From an uncultured Candidatus Poseidoniales archaeon (GTDB lineage Archaea > Thermoplasmatota > Poseidoniia > Poseidoniales > Poseidoniaceae), in NCBI GenBank assembly GCA_905182725.1, contig CAJJCQ010000032.1:1-57169 (forward strand): a stretch of 57,169 nucleotides of DNA, written 5' to 3'. A model generated the notes under the pieces. The model did no database searches and was not told the DNA's origin. It was given only the letters and a program-made list of their open reading frames with translations. Below, piece by piece: positions 9,844 through 20,109 of the stretch. The position numbers and the translations under genes were made by a program. Every line of letters starts with the position of its first letter. Position 1 is the first letter of the stretch.

Positions 9844-11619
9844 ATGGACATGCCAGAACGTCTTTCTGCACAATTAGCTGGTGAAGAAGGTCCAACTCGA
9901 CAAAAAGCAGCCCGTTTGGTTGTTGACTTAGCGGTTACAGCTGATGCTGAAGGCTTTGTCAATGTCGACCATGCTCACGTGTCTGGTGTTTCAGTCATCA
10001 CTGGTGGCCACGGCTTACGTCGGTTTTTGTCTGACCTTTCCAGTTCAGGTGATGGCAAAGTTTCGATTCCGACTACTTTGAATTCTGCAGGTTGCGATAA
10101 AGAGAAAATGAAAGAGATGAACATCGATTGGCCTGACTTTTTGGAACAACAATTTGAAATTGTCGAAGCGTATTCGGAACTCGGGATTCAAGCCACTCTT
10201 TCCTGCACACCTTACGACCGTGGAGTCGATGACGAAAGTGGAATCGCATCGTGGGCTGAATCCAATGCAGTATGCTTTTCGAACACATGGACTTCGTTGA
10301 TTACCAATCGTGAATCAGGTCTTTCTGCACTTGCCACAGCACTCACAGGTTTTGCTCCTCGGTGGGGGCTTCATCTCGAACAAAACCGTCAACCGAATAT
10401 CCATGTGAAGGTAGAATGTGAACTTCATACACTTTCTGATTGGTCAATACTTGGTGATTGGATCGGAAAGCAAGTCCTTCCTGGATGGGACGTGCCTTGG
10501 GGGCCTATGCCGTTTATCCAAGGACTCCCTTCTCGAGCGAGTTTTGCTCGAAAAAAGGCGCTCACAGCAGCAGCAGCAAATTATGGCACACCAATGCTTT
10601 GGGCAGAAGGTCTCTCAGCAGACCCACCTTTAGCACGTGACAAAGACGGTGAATGGATTGCACCAAAGACTGGCTGGCAAGGTGAATTAGTGTTCACTGC
10701 TGCTGATTTACAGGCACGATATGATGATTTAGCACCGATGGGGCAAGTTGATTTGGTCGTGATTGGTTGTCCACAAGCGAGTCTTGAAGAAATTAGGATT
10801 ACTGCAGCAGCAGTCCGATCTCATGCCGAGATGGGTGATAAAATTCCAGACCAACGACTTTGGGTGTTCACCAGTGGCGAAAATTACGAACTCGCATTAG
10901 CTGATGGCAGTATTGAACTGCTTGAAAGTGCAGGTGCCGTCATTCTACAAGATACCTGTCCGGAAGTTACACCTTACAATCGTACGCATTACAATCATTT
11001 GTTGACCAACTCGCTCAAGGCTGAACATTACCTCACCAGTGGTTTGAATCGGCTTCCAACGAGTGTAATGCCCATTGAAGGATGCATTGCACATGCATTT
11101 GACCCTACGTTGTCGGCAGGTCCACGCCCACTTTTGAATCAGAAAGCACAACCTCAACATGCCAGTTCGAAAACCCCTCAAACAGAAAATAATGTTGTTT
11201 TAACAGGTGCTCCATTAGAGAGCCAAGCAGATTATTGCCTCACTGGTCCAGCAATGGTTACCGATGTCCCGATTACTTATCTCGGGTATGTGAACCGAGA
11301 TACCGGTGTCGTCGAAGAAACAGGTCATCCACTGGATGGAAGGGCTGTTGAAAATACTATTCTCATCTATCCAAAAGGTTCAGGTTCGACGGTGGCTCCT
11401 TTTGTTTTGATGGGCTTATTGTACACCGGAAAAGGCCCGATAGCCATTGTAAACCGTGATGTTTGTCCACTTACTTTACCCGCTTGCTCTTTGCTTGGAT
11501 TGCCGTATGGTCATGGTTTTGACCAAGACCCGTGCATGGCGATTAACGATGGTGACCTTATTGAACTCAAATCTGAAAGTGGAGTCGTCACTCTTACCGT
11601 TCTTGAACGCGTTCAATGA
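9844..11619 (+). CDS. aconitase X family dehydratase, fused large (DUF521-like) and small (DUF126-like) parts
   Basis: The N-terminus MPERLSAQLAGEEGPTRQKAARLVVDLA is typical of DUF521. Conserved Cys contexts are SCTPYD, VIGCPQAS and LQDTCPE. The C-terminal ~130 aa carry ILIYPKGSGSTVAPFVL (DUF126-like). Start is ATG 9844 or 9850. Confidence 0.75.
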   Translation: MDMPERLSAQLAGEEGPTRQKAARLVVDLAVTADAEGFVNVDHAHVSGVSVITGGHGLRRFLSDLSSSGDGKVSIPTTLNSAGCDKEKMKEMNIDWPDFLEQQFEIVEAYSELGIQATLSCTPYDRGVDDESGIASWAESNAVCFSNTWTSLITNRESGLSALATALTGFAPRWGLHLEQNRQPNIHVKVECELHTLSDWSILGDWIGKQVLPGWDVPWGPMPFIQGLPSRASFARKKALTAAAANYGTPMLWAEGLSADPPLARDKDGEWIAPKTGWQGELVFTAADLQARYDDLAPMGQVDLVVIGCPQASLEEIRITAAAVRSHAEMGDKIPDQRLWVFTSGENYELALADGSIELLESAGAVILQDTCPEVTPYNRTHYNHLLTNSLKAEHYLTSGLNRLPTSVMPIEGCIAHAFDPTLSAGPRPLLNQKAQPQHASSKTPQTENNVVLTGAPLESQADYCLTGPAMVTDVPITYLGYVNRDTGVVEETGHPLDGRAVENTILIYPKGSGSTVAPFVLMGLLYTGKGPIAIVNRDVCPLTLPACSLLGLPYGHGFDQDPCMAINDGDLIELKSESGVVTLTVLERVQ

Positions 11620-11628
11620 GGTGTTCGA

Positions 11629-12627
11629 ATGAGTGCGCTGAAGATTCTTGTTACCGGTGGCGCCGGATTCATCGGTTCATCATTATGCGAACGTTTGGTT
11701 GCAGAAGGTCACTCGGTCTTGGCGTATGATTCGCTCTTTCGAGGCAGTGAGTCAAACCTTTCTGCTGTACAAGACCATCCTCACTTTCAATTCATGCAGG
11801 GCGATGTACGTGATATCGACCGTTTAGACGATGCGATTGAACACTTAGGTGGTGTTGAACTCATCTTCCATCTTGCGGCAGTGAATGGTACCAAGTGGTT
11901 TCACGAAGCAGCTCACTCTGTCATTGATGTCAACATCAATGGGACGCTTCGAACATTAGAATTAGCAATGGCTCACAATGCGCGATATGTCCTCGCCTCA
12001 TCTCCAGAAGCCTTTGGTGAGGCTTTACAACAACCGATTCAAAACGGCAATGACATGTCCTTTACCGATCCTTCACTACACCAACGCCATTCCTATGGTG
12101 CTAGCAAATACCTCGATGAAGTAGCATGTCAACACGCAGCACGTGACGGGCTTGATGTCCGAATTGTAAGGCCTTTCAATGCTTATGGTCCACGACTTTT
12201 GGGCGATGAATATGGTCAAGTGGTGGCGATGTTTTTCCAGGCAATACTTTCGAAAGAACCGATTCAATTGCATAACGGTGGCCTTCAAACTCGGTCTTTC
12301 ACCTGGATCGATGATATCGTTGAGGGTTTCATCCTTGCAGGGCTTCAAGAAAACAGTCTCAACGGAGAATCCCTTTCAGGTTGCGCTTTGAACATCGGAG
12401 CAACTGAGGAAATAACGATTCGAACTTTGCAAGAAACCATTTTTTCGATTGTTTCAAGCGATGCCTCATGGGAGAATGAATTGCCGGAGGTCGAGGTTGT
12501 AGATGGGTACCACGGCGATGTTCTACGCCGCCTACCAGATTGCAGTCAAGCTGAATTATTCGTTGGCTGGAAATCGATAACGACTTTACAACAAGGTCTT
12601 CTTCGAATGTGGACAAGTTTACGCTGA
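11629..12627 (+). CDS. NAD-dependent nucleotide-sugar epimerase/dehydratase (extended SDR)
   Basis: VTGGAGFIGSSL is a Rossmann motif and YGASKYLDE is a catalytic YxxxK. The length of 332 aa fits the family. Confidence 0.85.
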   Translation: MSALKILVTGGAGFIGSSLCERLVAEGHSVLAYDSLFRGSESNLSAVQDHPHFQFMQGDVRDIDRLDDAIEHLGGVELIFHLAAVNGTKWFHEAAHSVIDVNINGTLRTLELAMAHNARYVLASSPEAFGEALQQPIQNGNDMSFTDPSLHQRHSYGASKYLDEVACQHAARDGLDVRIVRPFNAYGPRLLGDEYGQVVAMFFQAILSKEPIQLHNGGLQTRSFTWIDDIVEGFILAGLQENSLNGESLSGCALNIGATEEITIRTLQETIFSIVSSDASWENELPEVEVVDGYHGDVLRRLPDCSQAELFVGWKSITTLQQGLLRMWTSLR

Positions 12628-13500
12628 ATCTTTTTTCGAACCGTAATGTTTGAACACATTCTTGCCCCATGAATCGGGTGCTGGTGTGAGTCGGTCGTGT
12701 CCATGCTGGCACAGGATATCCAATCCATGTGCAGGCAATTTCTCTTCTGTTGTCCATAATCCCGTGACCTTCAATACTGCGAGACGTGCAACTGCATCAG
12801 GGAGTGGCCGGTCTTCAAGGAATTCAACCTCAAGTGCTGCAACTGCCTCATTGATGAGCAAGGGGTCAAGAGCGTGGGGGGTGAATCCTGCGAGGTTCCA
12901 TTCGCTTTCTCCTTCAGGTAAAGGGCGAGCTGTTTCATCAATTGCCTCAACAATTGAATGAGAACTCGGCATGAAGTGAAGAATGGCTCTTTTCGTTGAC
13001 CGAAGGTTGTGAAGCGTATCTCGGTATCTTCCTTCACGGTTACAACTGAATGATGCAATCAGGAGAGGTGGTCCAGTTGAAACGGCCATGACTGATGTAT
13101 AGGGTGCTAGATTCTTGTTCCCATGTGCGTCTTGAGTTGATGCGATGACCAATGGGCGTGGCGATAAAAGGCCAGATAACCAACCAGCACGTTGTGCATG
13201 TTCAAGTTCGTCCACAGCAATGCGTTTGGCACCTTCCATATTCTTGGTTGGGAGAGGTGTAAACCAGTGGTCAAGGGTGCCATTTTTTATTTCTTCAATC
13301 GCATGTTCATTGAATTGAACATATGATTTCCATGATTCAGTTTGCTCTTTTTCTCCGCGTTCAGTTTTCCGAGCAATCGAGTCCTCAGCATAGGTGTTGC
13401 ATCGTTGGAGATAGTCGAGTACAATTTCTTTTCGATCCACACTTTCACCTCTCTTCACTGGTTGATGATTCTCTTTTGAGTTGGAGTTGCTTTTCATCAT
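12619..13500 (-). CDS. flavin-reductase-like FMN-binding split-barrel protein with ~100 aa N-terminal extension
   Basis: LLSPRPLVIASTQDAHGNKNLAPYTS resembles the flavin reductase-like domain signature. The ATG at 13500 overlaps the upstream gene by 56 nt. An in-frame GTG at 13440 would remove that overlap. Confidence 0.65.
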   Translation of the reverse strand: MMKSNSNSKENHQPVKRGESVDRKEIVLDYLQRCNTYAEDSIARKTERGEKEQTESWKSYVQFNEHAIEEIKNGTLDHWFTPLPTKNMEGAKRIAVDELEHAQRAGWLSGLLSPRPLVIASTQDAHGNKNLAPYTSVMAVSTGPPLLIASFSCNREGRYRDTLHNLRSTKRAILHFMPSSHSIVEAIDETARPLPEGESEWNLAGFTPHALDPLLINEAVAALEVEFLEDRPLPDAVARLAVLKVTGLWTTEEKLPAHGLDILCQHGHDRLTPAPDSWGKNVFKHYGSKKDSA

Positions 13501-13969
13501 ATGTATTTCGCATCATCAAAAAAACGGCAGGATTCCCTGCCCACACTTCGTTGTCAGGGATGTTGCGAGTAAGTGTTGAACCTGCGCCAAGAACGGCATT
13601 CTGGCCTACCGAGCACCCTGCAATAATTGTTGCACCGCCCCCGATTACAGCACCGTCATGAATGTGTGCCGGTTGCCATTGTAGAGGGTTTCCTGATGGA
13701 GGGTATTTGTCATTGAGCAGTGTGCTGTTCGGGCCGAGAAATACTCTGTCGCCAAGTACACAGCCATCAGCAAGGTAAGCGCCGCCTTGAATTCGGCATT
13801 CATCGCCAAGAACCACTTCTCGACCAACATGAACTAATGCGCCGATGGAACAGTTTTCTCCAATCCGTGTGCCTCTGCCAATATGGCAAGGTGTCCATGC
13901 AATACTCCCTCTTTCGAGTTCGAGTCTCTGGCCGCTTGATGAACCATCGTTTTGCATTTGATCCCTCAT
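13445..13969 (-). CDS. left-handed beta-helix (hexapeptide-repeat) acyl/acetyltransferase
   Basis: Successive hexapeptide-type repeats are seen (IGENCSIGALVHVGREVVLGDECRIQGGAYLADGCVLGDRVFLGPNS...IHDGAVIGGGATIIAGCSVGQNAVLGAGS), followed by a terminal IPDNEVWAGNPA. Confidence 0.8.
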   Translation of the reverse strand: MRDQMQNDGSSSGQRLELERGSIAWTPCHIGRGTRIGENCSIGALVHVGREVVLGDECRIQGGAYLADGCVLGDRVFLGPNSTLLNDKYPPSGNPLQWQPAHIHDGAVIGGGATIIAGCSVGQNAVLGAGSTLTRNIPDNEVWAGNPAVFLMMRNTYDEKQLQLKRESSTSEER

Positions 13970-14451
13970 TCGTTTAAGCCGAGTTCACGAAGAAGCATTC
14001 CTACGTGTCCTTTGGCCTTTACATTATAGCGGAGCCAAGTAAACGTCCCATCGGGTGCAATGACGAACGTAGAACGTGCACAGCCCATGTATTCTCTTCC
14101 ATAATTTTTCTTGAGGCGCCAAGTGCCATATGCTTCGTGCAGTTCACCCTCTTGATCCATGAGGAGTGGGAAATTGAGTTCTTTTTTTGTGATGAACTTT
14201 TCATGAGATCCTTCGGAATCCTTCGACACTCCCAGGACAATATAGTCTTCCGATGTTAATCGGGCCATGTTATCTCGGAAGTCACACGCTTGAGTCGTAC
14301 ATCCGGGTGTCGAATCACGCGGATAAAAATACAATATGACCGATTTGCCCGCCTTGGCATACGTTTCTAAATCATGTGCAATGCCGCTTGAATCTTCACA
14401 ATTGAAGAGTGGGGCGCTTTGACCAACTTCATGTGTTCTTGCCTCGTTCAT
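13966..14451 (-). CDS. bcp: thiol peroxidase, Bcp/PrxQ-type peroxiredoxin
   Basis: YFYPRDSTPGCTTQACDFRD contains the PxxxTxxC peroxidatic Cys motif with a resolving Cys 5 residues later. There is a 4-nt ATGA overlap with the downstream acyltransferase. ATG 14451 is preferred over the listed 14484. Confidence 0.85.
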   Translation of the reverse strand: MNEARTHEVGQSAPLFNCEDSSGIAHDLETYAKAGKSVILYFYPRDSTPGCTTQACDFRDNMARLTSEDYIVLGVSKDSEGSHEKFITKKELNFPLLMDQEGELHEAYGTWRLKKNYGREYMGCARSTFVIAPDGTFTWLRYNVKAKGHVGMLLRELGLNE

Positions 14452-14636
14452 GGTGCTCGCACTTGCCCAAGGGACATGAAGCATTGCATTTCCATCATTT
14501 TGGCCGAATCAAGGTAGTTTGGCGAGTAATTTAACGCTTCACAGTCGCCGAGTCTATCATTTATGCATCATGGGTTCACCTACTTGCAAAACGGGTGGAT
14601 AGGTGATGGGCGACCGATTCTTTCAATAACCGGTGT

Positions 14637-15083
14637 GTGCTAAGTTGGTTTATGGTGGCTACGCGTATGTCTCGACGATGTCGACGCTACTCAAAGCAAA
14701 TCCAACGCGCGAATTCTAAAATAGATCTGCAAACCATTGCCAGTACAATTCAAAGTGAGATGGATAAGCGCAACCTCTCGTATGATGAAGCACTCATGCT
14801 TGGCAACATCATTCAAAACCGGGCCGACCAACTGCCTGGTGATGCGATCGTTTACGCCATCTCAGACCGAGATGCTTATCGGCGAACACTGGAATTATAC
14901 CTCCGCGACGCACTTTTGACTCGAACAGAACAAATGCTACTTTGGGAAGAGCGCCGACGCCTTGGCATCTCTGAACCGGAGCATGAACGCCTACTTGATC
15001 AACTCCTCCTCCAATGGCGCAGCCAAGGAAAGAAAGTCACTATCGCCCGTTTCGACACCCCTGGAGGTGAGTCATCTGCTTAA
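14637..15083 (+). CDS. hypothetical soluble helical protein (basic N-terminus)
   Basis: It is the first gene of an overlapping three-gene set. No TM segment is seen. Helical repeats such as LTRTEQMLLWEERRRLGISEPEHERLLDQLL are faintly TerB/DjlA-N-like, but this is unverified. Alternative ATG starts lie at 14652 and 14667. Confidence 0.5.
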   Translation: MLSWFMVATRMSRRCRRYSKQIQRANSKIDLQTIASTIQSEMDKRNLSYDEALMLGNIIQNRADQLPGDAIVYAISDRDAYRRTLELYLRDALLTRTEQMLLWEERRRLGISEPEHERLLDQLLLQWRSQGKKVTIARFDTPGGESSA

Positions 15084-18000
15084 AATTCAATTCAATCAGT
15101 CCACTTTGGCAACGCTCCTAATTTTACTTTTTATCGTCCCATCTTTCTTGCCGGTTGTTGGCGCTGATAGTGACGATGAATCTACGGCCAGTGGCCGTAA
15201 CACGCAACTCGACTTTTTCTTCCGAAACCCTCTACAGCTGGGCAATTCAGGCTCTTCTACGATTACCAACAACTTGTACCTCGCACCAGGTGGGCATACG
15301 ATTTCCGCCGACGTTTCTGCCATGGGCACTGGTTCCGGGGAATTTTGGTTGGTTCTCCAACACAAGGGCTCATCTATCCTCGGTTTTTCTGACGTTTCGA
15401 CCGTTTCTATGGGCTCGCACACCGGTAGCGGCGGGACCACTGACTTCACCTCCGTATCCTTTTCATGGAATGCTACAACAGGTGCTGGGCAAGAACTGCG
15501 GGTCAAAATTGTATCCTCGAATGAACCCAGTAATCTTCAACTGAATAATATCCAACCGCTCGGACTCGCATTTTCGGTCGAAAACAAACATTACGGTGAA
15601 GTTCTCGGAAATACATTCCCCGCAACCTCTCTGGTTAATTCTCAGATGACATTGGCCAACGCAGTCCATTTACTCAATGTGACCGTTACAAATTCTGGTG
15701 TCAAAACTATTTCCGCTCAAATGACCATTGTACTGCGTGATAATTTAACACCCGCTACGACTCAAACTCTTCTTTCCAATACATTGACACTTGAACCGGG
15801 ATCATACCCTGCTTCAGCGTTGACTGTGCAAGATTCAGGCGTTCTCAGCATTAGTCTTGACGCATCTGGTTTGACCGGCGTGTGGAACCTTTCAGCAACC
15901 GTCACTTTTAGCGGTACTGCATGGAGTGAGGTCGCTCCAGTGAATGAAACCTGGGTTAAATTCTCAGATTATAATGCAGTTGTCCTTGAACCATCTACTT
16001 TGATTGCCGAACCCGGTGAATCAACACTCCTGACATTCATCGTTAGAAACGATGGTGTGAGTACAGACTTGTTTACCATTTCAATGACAGAAACCGCCAC
16101 CCCCGCTTGGACAACAGGGTTCGCACCAGATTTCGGCCCTACTCTCAGTCCTGATTCAGTCCGCCTCGTGACAGTGGAAGTCAATGTCCCTGCAGATGCT
16201 GAACGCTCGGATACCAACAAAATCACACTCACCTTTACGTCTGTTAATTCCCCTACAAATTATCAAATTGTAGCGAGTGGAAGAGTTATGGTCGGAGATT
16301 TCTTCAATGGTTCAGTCACCTTGAACCAAGGTGCAACTCCTAAGCCAATCATTCCAGGCCAAAGTGCCACATTTTCGGCAGTTGTCGAGAACACAGGGAG
16401 TGTAGCAACAGCATTCTCCCTCTCAACTGGCCTTTCAGTCAATGCGTTGAACTGGTCCGTCGAAGTTAACCCCTCGATTACACCCGTCATCGCCTCAGGG
16501 TCCTCGAGTATTGTTCAAGTGTTTATCGTATCCCCGGTTATGCAAAACCCAATTGTACTCAGTGAGCATAACATGGCGTTTGAACAGATCGATGTTTGGG
16601 TTCAATCGCAACCGATTGGCGGCGGCATCCCGTATATCGATGAAGCACCACTCAGAGTTTCACCGAGTATCACCGTTGACTCTGGACTTAGCACAGAACC
16701 CTATACGTTGACGGCTGAAGAGCTTGATGCGACAATGACCGGCACAGTCTATTCAAAACACGCAGAACTTAACCTCCGTGTCGTTCACAACCTTCCGAAC
16801 GCACTTATCGACGAAGAACTCAACGCTACTATCACCGTGGCCAAGAGTTTCACTGCCAGCAGTTCTGGTGGTTTCAGTGAGGCATCTCGTTGGGATGTGT
16901 CGATTTCAAATCCACTCTACTCGGGATTGACCCCAGGTTCGAGTGTAACCACTACACTCAATATAGCGGGGCCACAATCTGGCCAGTACCCGCTTGCAGG
17001 CACCTTTACTTCGATTGTCACAGTTACTCCGATCCCCAGCGCTACCCTTGTTGCAGCTGGTCTAGTCACAGTTGTGAGTACTCATCAATATCAATTAATC
17101 ATCCCCTCAGTCATCAGAGGTGAATTCACTGAATCCGGGCCATACGATATTCCAGTCGGCGTGGATAACGCCATTCCTATGAATTTCGCTAATCTCGGTA
17201 ACGATGCGGGATCTTATCGCCTTCGAGTTGTCAACAACCTTCCTGAAAACTGGACTGCAAACTTCAGTGACGCTGATTCAATAATCAGTAACCTCACAGC
17301 CGATATCGCTGATGGAACAATTGATTCAGGCATCCCCAATGGCAACATCACGCACACTCAAAGAGTCACCTTCAATGTAAGGACAGATCCATTGGCGCCT
17401 GCTGGATTATCTCAACCCATTACAGTCCGTGTTGAAGACCCAATCTCTGGTCAACTCATCGGTGATGAATTTGTGTTCAATGTGATTGTTGGCCAAATTT
17501 TCAACGCCACACTCTCCCCTACAAATCAAACAGAACATATGGATATATCAGAAGAAACATTCACTTCCATCTACATCCGAAATACTGGAAATGCCCCTGC
17601 AGACTTCACCATCGCACTTGATACGTCATTGGCTGGAGCCGTCGACTTTGAAATTGAATCACCGAGCAATTCCAAAATATTTATCGCGGCAGGGTATGAA
17701 GAGGCGATTCGAGTTAAAATGACGGCGAATTCCGGTGCGAATGCCGATGGTTTTTATATGGCCACCGTTCTTGTTTCTGCGAATAATGGCCAAATCATGC
17801 TCTCTTCCAACATCGTTGCAAATATCTCCACGCTGCACAGTTTCAGTATCACCGCACCTTCTCAAATGTCCGTGACACCTGGGATGCAAGAGCAAGTTGA
17901 CTTTGAAATCCTGAACAATGGAAATTCAATTGAGACAGTGACCATTGATTTCACGGTTGATAACATGACACTTTCCGTTGGTGGGAATGCTGCAGTTGGG

Positions 18001-20109
18001 AACCAAGTTTCAATAACACAAACGATTGGTATTGGCGAATCTTTTGCTGACCAAGTCATCGTCTATGTTCCAAGTATTGGAGGGCTCACCTCCTTGACGA
18101 AGGGAGATTCGTATGATCTCACAATTACAGTTAACAATTTGTCTTCTGGAGCGCCATATGATGGTGCCAAGCGAGTTGAATTGTTAGTTCAACCACTGTT
18201 CATCGTCGAGTCAAATGATTGGCCTTCGGAAATGAAATTCCGTCCCGAAGCTGATCGTACATGGGAAGTGACACTTACGAATACAGGGAACCAAGATGTT
18301 ACTGTGTATGCACAATATGCTATTACCCGGCCCGGCCTTTCGAACTTATCATCAGATTGGGAAATGTTGACCGAAACTTCGCAGATTTTCCTTGAACGAA
18401 ATGTCCCGACAGTCCACACATTTACTGCTCTTGGAACAGTTGCTAATCCTCTTTTGACATTAACGGCTGACCTTACATTGTATTTACTCCCAGTCAATTC
18501 GACTATTGAAGGAACTGGAGAGTTTACCACTCAGTTAGTGATGTCACGCTTCTTTGCTACTGAGGACATTGGGATTACGCCTGAAGACGATGATGGACCA
18601 GTAGCTCTTGATATGAAATACACTCATATTCCAATCGGCAATGGTTCTGATGTAGCCTATCAAGTCGAATTATGCAACGCAGAACGGCTAAGAGATATCT
18701 CTGCTCTCGGGCAAAATCCATTGAATTACTCTTGGAATTTCACTCTTGTCGAAACACGACAAGATGGCACAACTGTCGATCATATCTTGGATTTAGAGCA
18801 AGAATGCGGTGCAAGTTCACTTGGCCCCACGTCGCGATACGACCTTCCATCCCAATCCCCTTGGAATCCTTCATCATTCACTCTCAGAGCAGATATCCCT
18901 GCTAGAGGTAATATGCTACCAGGTGATGGATGGGACTTGACTTTCCGGTTGTATCACCCCGAGGAAAACTCTAATTTCACTCAATATACTGAAGAGACTT
19001 TCACCCTCGTGTTGGCGGTCTTTGCAGATCCGGCCATTGTAAGTATTACTTCTTCCGGCGAATTCGTTGAAGGTGCAGAGAGCACAATTACGGTGCTTGT
19101 TCGTAATCTTGGTTCTGCAAAGGCGCTTGATACGATGGTTTATCTCGAGTGCGACGGTTTGATTGTATCAACTGATATTGATAACACTCCTCGTCTGTTC
19201 GCAGGAAGTGTTGCGAATGGTCTGTCTCAAGTCATGATCAAAGAGTTTGATCCTGGAGAGAGATTCTCATTGAAGTGGACTGTAACAGGAGATACGGTGG
19301 ATTGGTGGTCACAATCAGCAGATGTGAAATGTACTGCGTCGATTAATGCTTCATACATGGTAAACAACGTTGAAATGAACGATCAAGAGGACCTCAAATC
19401 TGTAGTATCCTCATGGTCGCCAGGTGTTTCAAACAGTTTCATTGCCTGTATCATATGTTTCATCGTCTCTTTGATCCTCTTCCGCCTCACAGCACAGAAT
19501 GATAATTTCCGCTTACTCGGAATTTATTCCGGAGTTCTTGGTCTCGGCTTTTCCTTCCATCTGTTCAATGAAGTCTGGTGGGGCTTTGTCGTCCTTGGTC
19601 TCTCTGCACTTTGGATTTGGAGAGTCAGTTGGAGCAGTACTGAGGAATTCAGATTACTTCACGAAGATTACCAACGGGCACGTAAAGGTGTATCCACCTT
19701 GTATACCGACCACTTTGACGAATTGGGTAAAACCCGCCGCCAGCTCAGTGTGATTTTGGCTGTACCAGTTCTCGGTATGCTCGCAATTGTCCTAGGGGTC
19801 CCTCCTCGAATCCCAGTCGACCAAACGAATCTGATTAGTCTCGTAGCATATGTTACCGTTATCATCGTAGGAGTCTGGATTCTCATCAAGCGAGCAGATA
19901 AAACGTATGGCTCCTTGTATGGCCGTCTTACAGACCTTGAAGTGAAATCTATACGCCTTGAGAGAGACCTAGGCGACCCAGCTCGTCTCTTTAACGAACT
20001 TGCGGCCGATGGATTAGATCTCGATGAAATATTCGGTGATGTCGAATCTTCAAGACCAGCAAAGCCTGAAGGTCTTTTTTCTAACGAGGAGGTGAATGAA
20101 GATGTCTAA
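15067..20109 (+). CDS. very large glycosylation-rich surface protein with CARDB/NEW3-like beta-sandwich repeats and a 5-TM C-terminal anchor
   Basis: The GTG at 15067 lies in a GGAGGTG context and gives MSHLLKIQFNQSTLATLLILLFIVPSFLPVVGADS, a signal peptide. At least 8 x-N-x-G motifs are present (VTVTNSGVK, FIVRNDGVS, VVENTGSVA, FANLGNDAG, YIRNTGNAP, EILNNGNSI, TLTNTGNQD, LVRNLGSAK). Five hydrophobic helices occupy the last ~300 aa. Confidence 0.75.
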   Translation: MSHLLKIQFNQSTLATLLILLFIVPSFLPVVGADSDDESTASGRNTQLDFFFRNPLQLGNSGSSTITNNLYLAPGGHTISADVSAMGTGSGEFWLVLQHKGSSILGFSDVSTVSMGSHTGSGGTTDFTSVSFSWNATTGAGQELRVKIVSSNEPSNLQLNNIQPLGLAFSVENKHYGEVLGNTFPATSLVNSQMTLANAVHLLNVTVTNSGVKTISAQMTIVLRDNLTPATTQTLLSNTLTLEPGSYPASALTVQDSGVLSISLDASGLTGVWNLSATVTFSGTAWSEVAPVNETWVKFSDYNAVVLEPSTLIAEPGESTLLTFIVRNDGVSTDLFTISMTETATPAWTTGFAPDFGPTLSPDSVRLVTVEVNVPADAERSDTNKITLTFTSVNSPTNYQIVASGRVMVGDFFNGSVTLNQGATPKPIIPGQSATFSAVVENTGSVATAFSLSTGLSVNALNWSVEVNPSITPVIASGSSSIVQVFIVSPVMQNPIVLSEHNMAFEQIDVWVQSQPIGGGIPYIDEAPLRVSPSITVDSGLSTEPYTLTAEELDATMTGTVYSKHAELNLRVVHNLPNALIDEELNATITVAKSFTASSSGGFSEASRWDVSISNPLYSGLTPGSSVTTTLNIAGPQSGQYPLAGTFTSIVTVTPIPSATLVAAGLVTVVSTHQYQLIIPSVIRGEFTESGPYDIPVGVDNAIPMNFANLGNDAGSYRLRVVNNLPENWTANFSDADSIISNLTADIADGTIDSGIPNGNITHTQRVTFNVRTDPLAPAGLSQPITVRVEDPISGQLIGDEFVFNVIVGQIFNATLSPTNQTEHMDISEETFTSIYIRNTGNAPADFTIALDTSLAGAVDFEIESPSNSKIFIAAGYEEAIRVKMTANSGANADGFYMATVLVSANNGQIMLSSNIVANISTLHSFSITAPSQMSVTPGMQEQVDFEILNNGNSIETVTIDFTVDNMTLSVGGNAAVGNQVSITQTIGIGESFADQVIVYVPSIGGLTSLTKGDSYDLTITVNNLSSGAPYDGAKRVELLVQPLFIVESNDWPSEMKFRPEADRTWEVTLTNTGNQDVTVYAQYAITRPGLSNLSSDWEMLTETSQIFLERNVPTVHTFTALGTVANPLLTLTADLTLYLLPVNSTIEGTGEFTTQLVMSRFFATEDIGITPEDDDGPVALDMKYTHIPIGNGSDVAYQVELCNAERLRDISALGQNPLNYSWNFTLVETRQDGTTVDHILDLEQECGASSLGPTSRYDLPSQSPWNPSSFTLRADIPARGNMLPGDGWDLTFRLYHPEENSNFTQYTEETFTLVLAVFADPAIVSITSSGEFVEGAESTITVLVRNLGSAKALDTMVYLECDGLIVSTDIDNTPRLFAGSVANGLSQVMIKEFDPGERFSLKWTVTGDTVDWWSQSADVKCTASINASYMVNNVEMNDQEDLKSVVSSWSPGVSNSFIACIICFIVSLILFRLTAQNDNFRLLGIYSGVLGLGFSFHLFNEVWWGFVVLGLSALWIWRVSWSSTEEFRLLHEDYQRARKGVSTLYTDHFDELGKTRRQLSVILAVPVLGMLAIVLGVPPRIPVDQTNLISLVAYVTVIIVGVWILIKRADKTYGSLYGRLTDLEVKSIRLERDLGDPARLFNELAADGLDLDEIFGDVESSRPAKPEGLFSNEEVNEDV

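Noticed and set aside
9766-9873. The listed N-terminal extensions of both divergent ORFs (minus ORF to 9873, plus ORF from 9772), which overlap each other.
   Set aside because: Mutual overlap of divergent 5' ends is implausible. Internal ATGs at 9765(-) and 9844(+) leave a 78-nt promoter region and give family-typical N-termini.
14962-15066. The listed ATG 14962 as start of the 1,715-aa ORF.
   Set aside because: It would overlap the upstream gene by 122 nt and put 48 non-hydrophobic residues before the signal peptide. GTG 15067 in a GGAGGTG context gives a canonical signal peptide.
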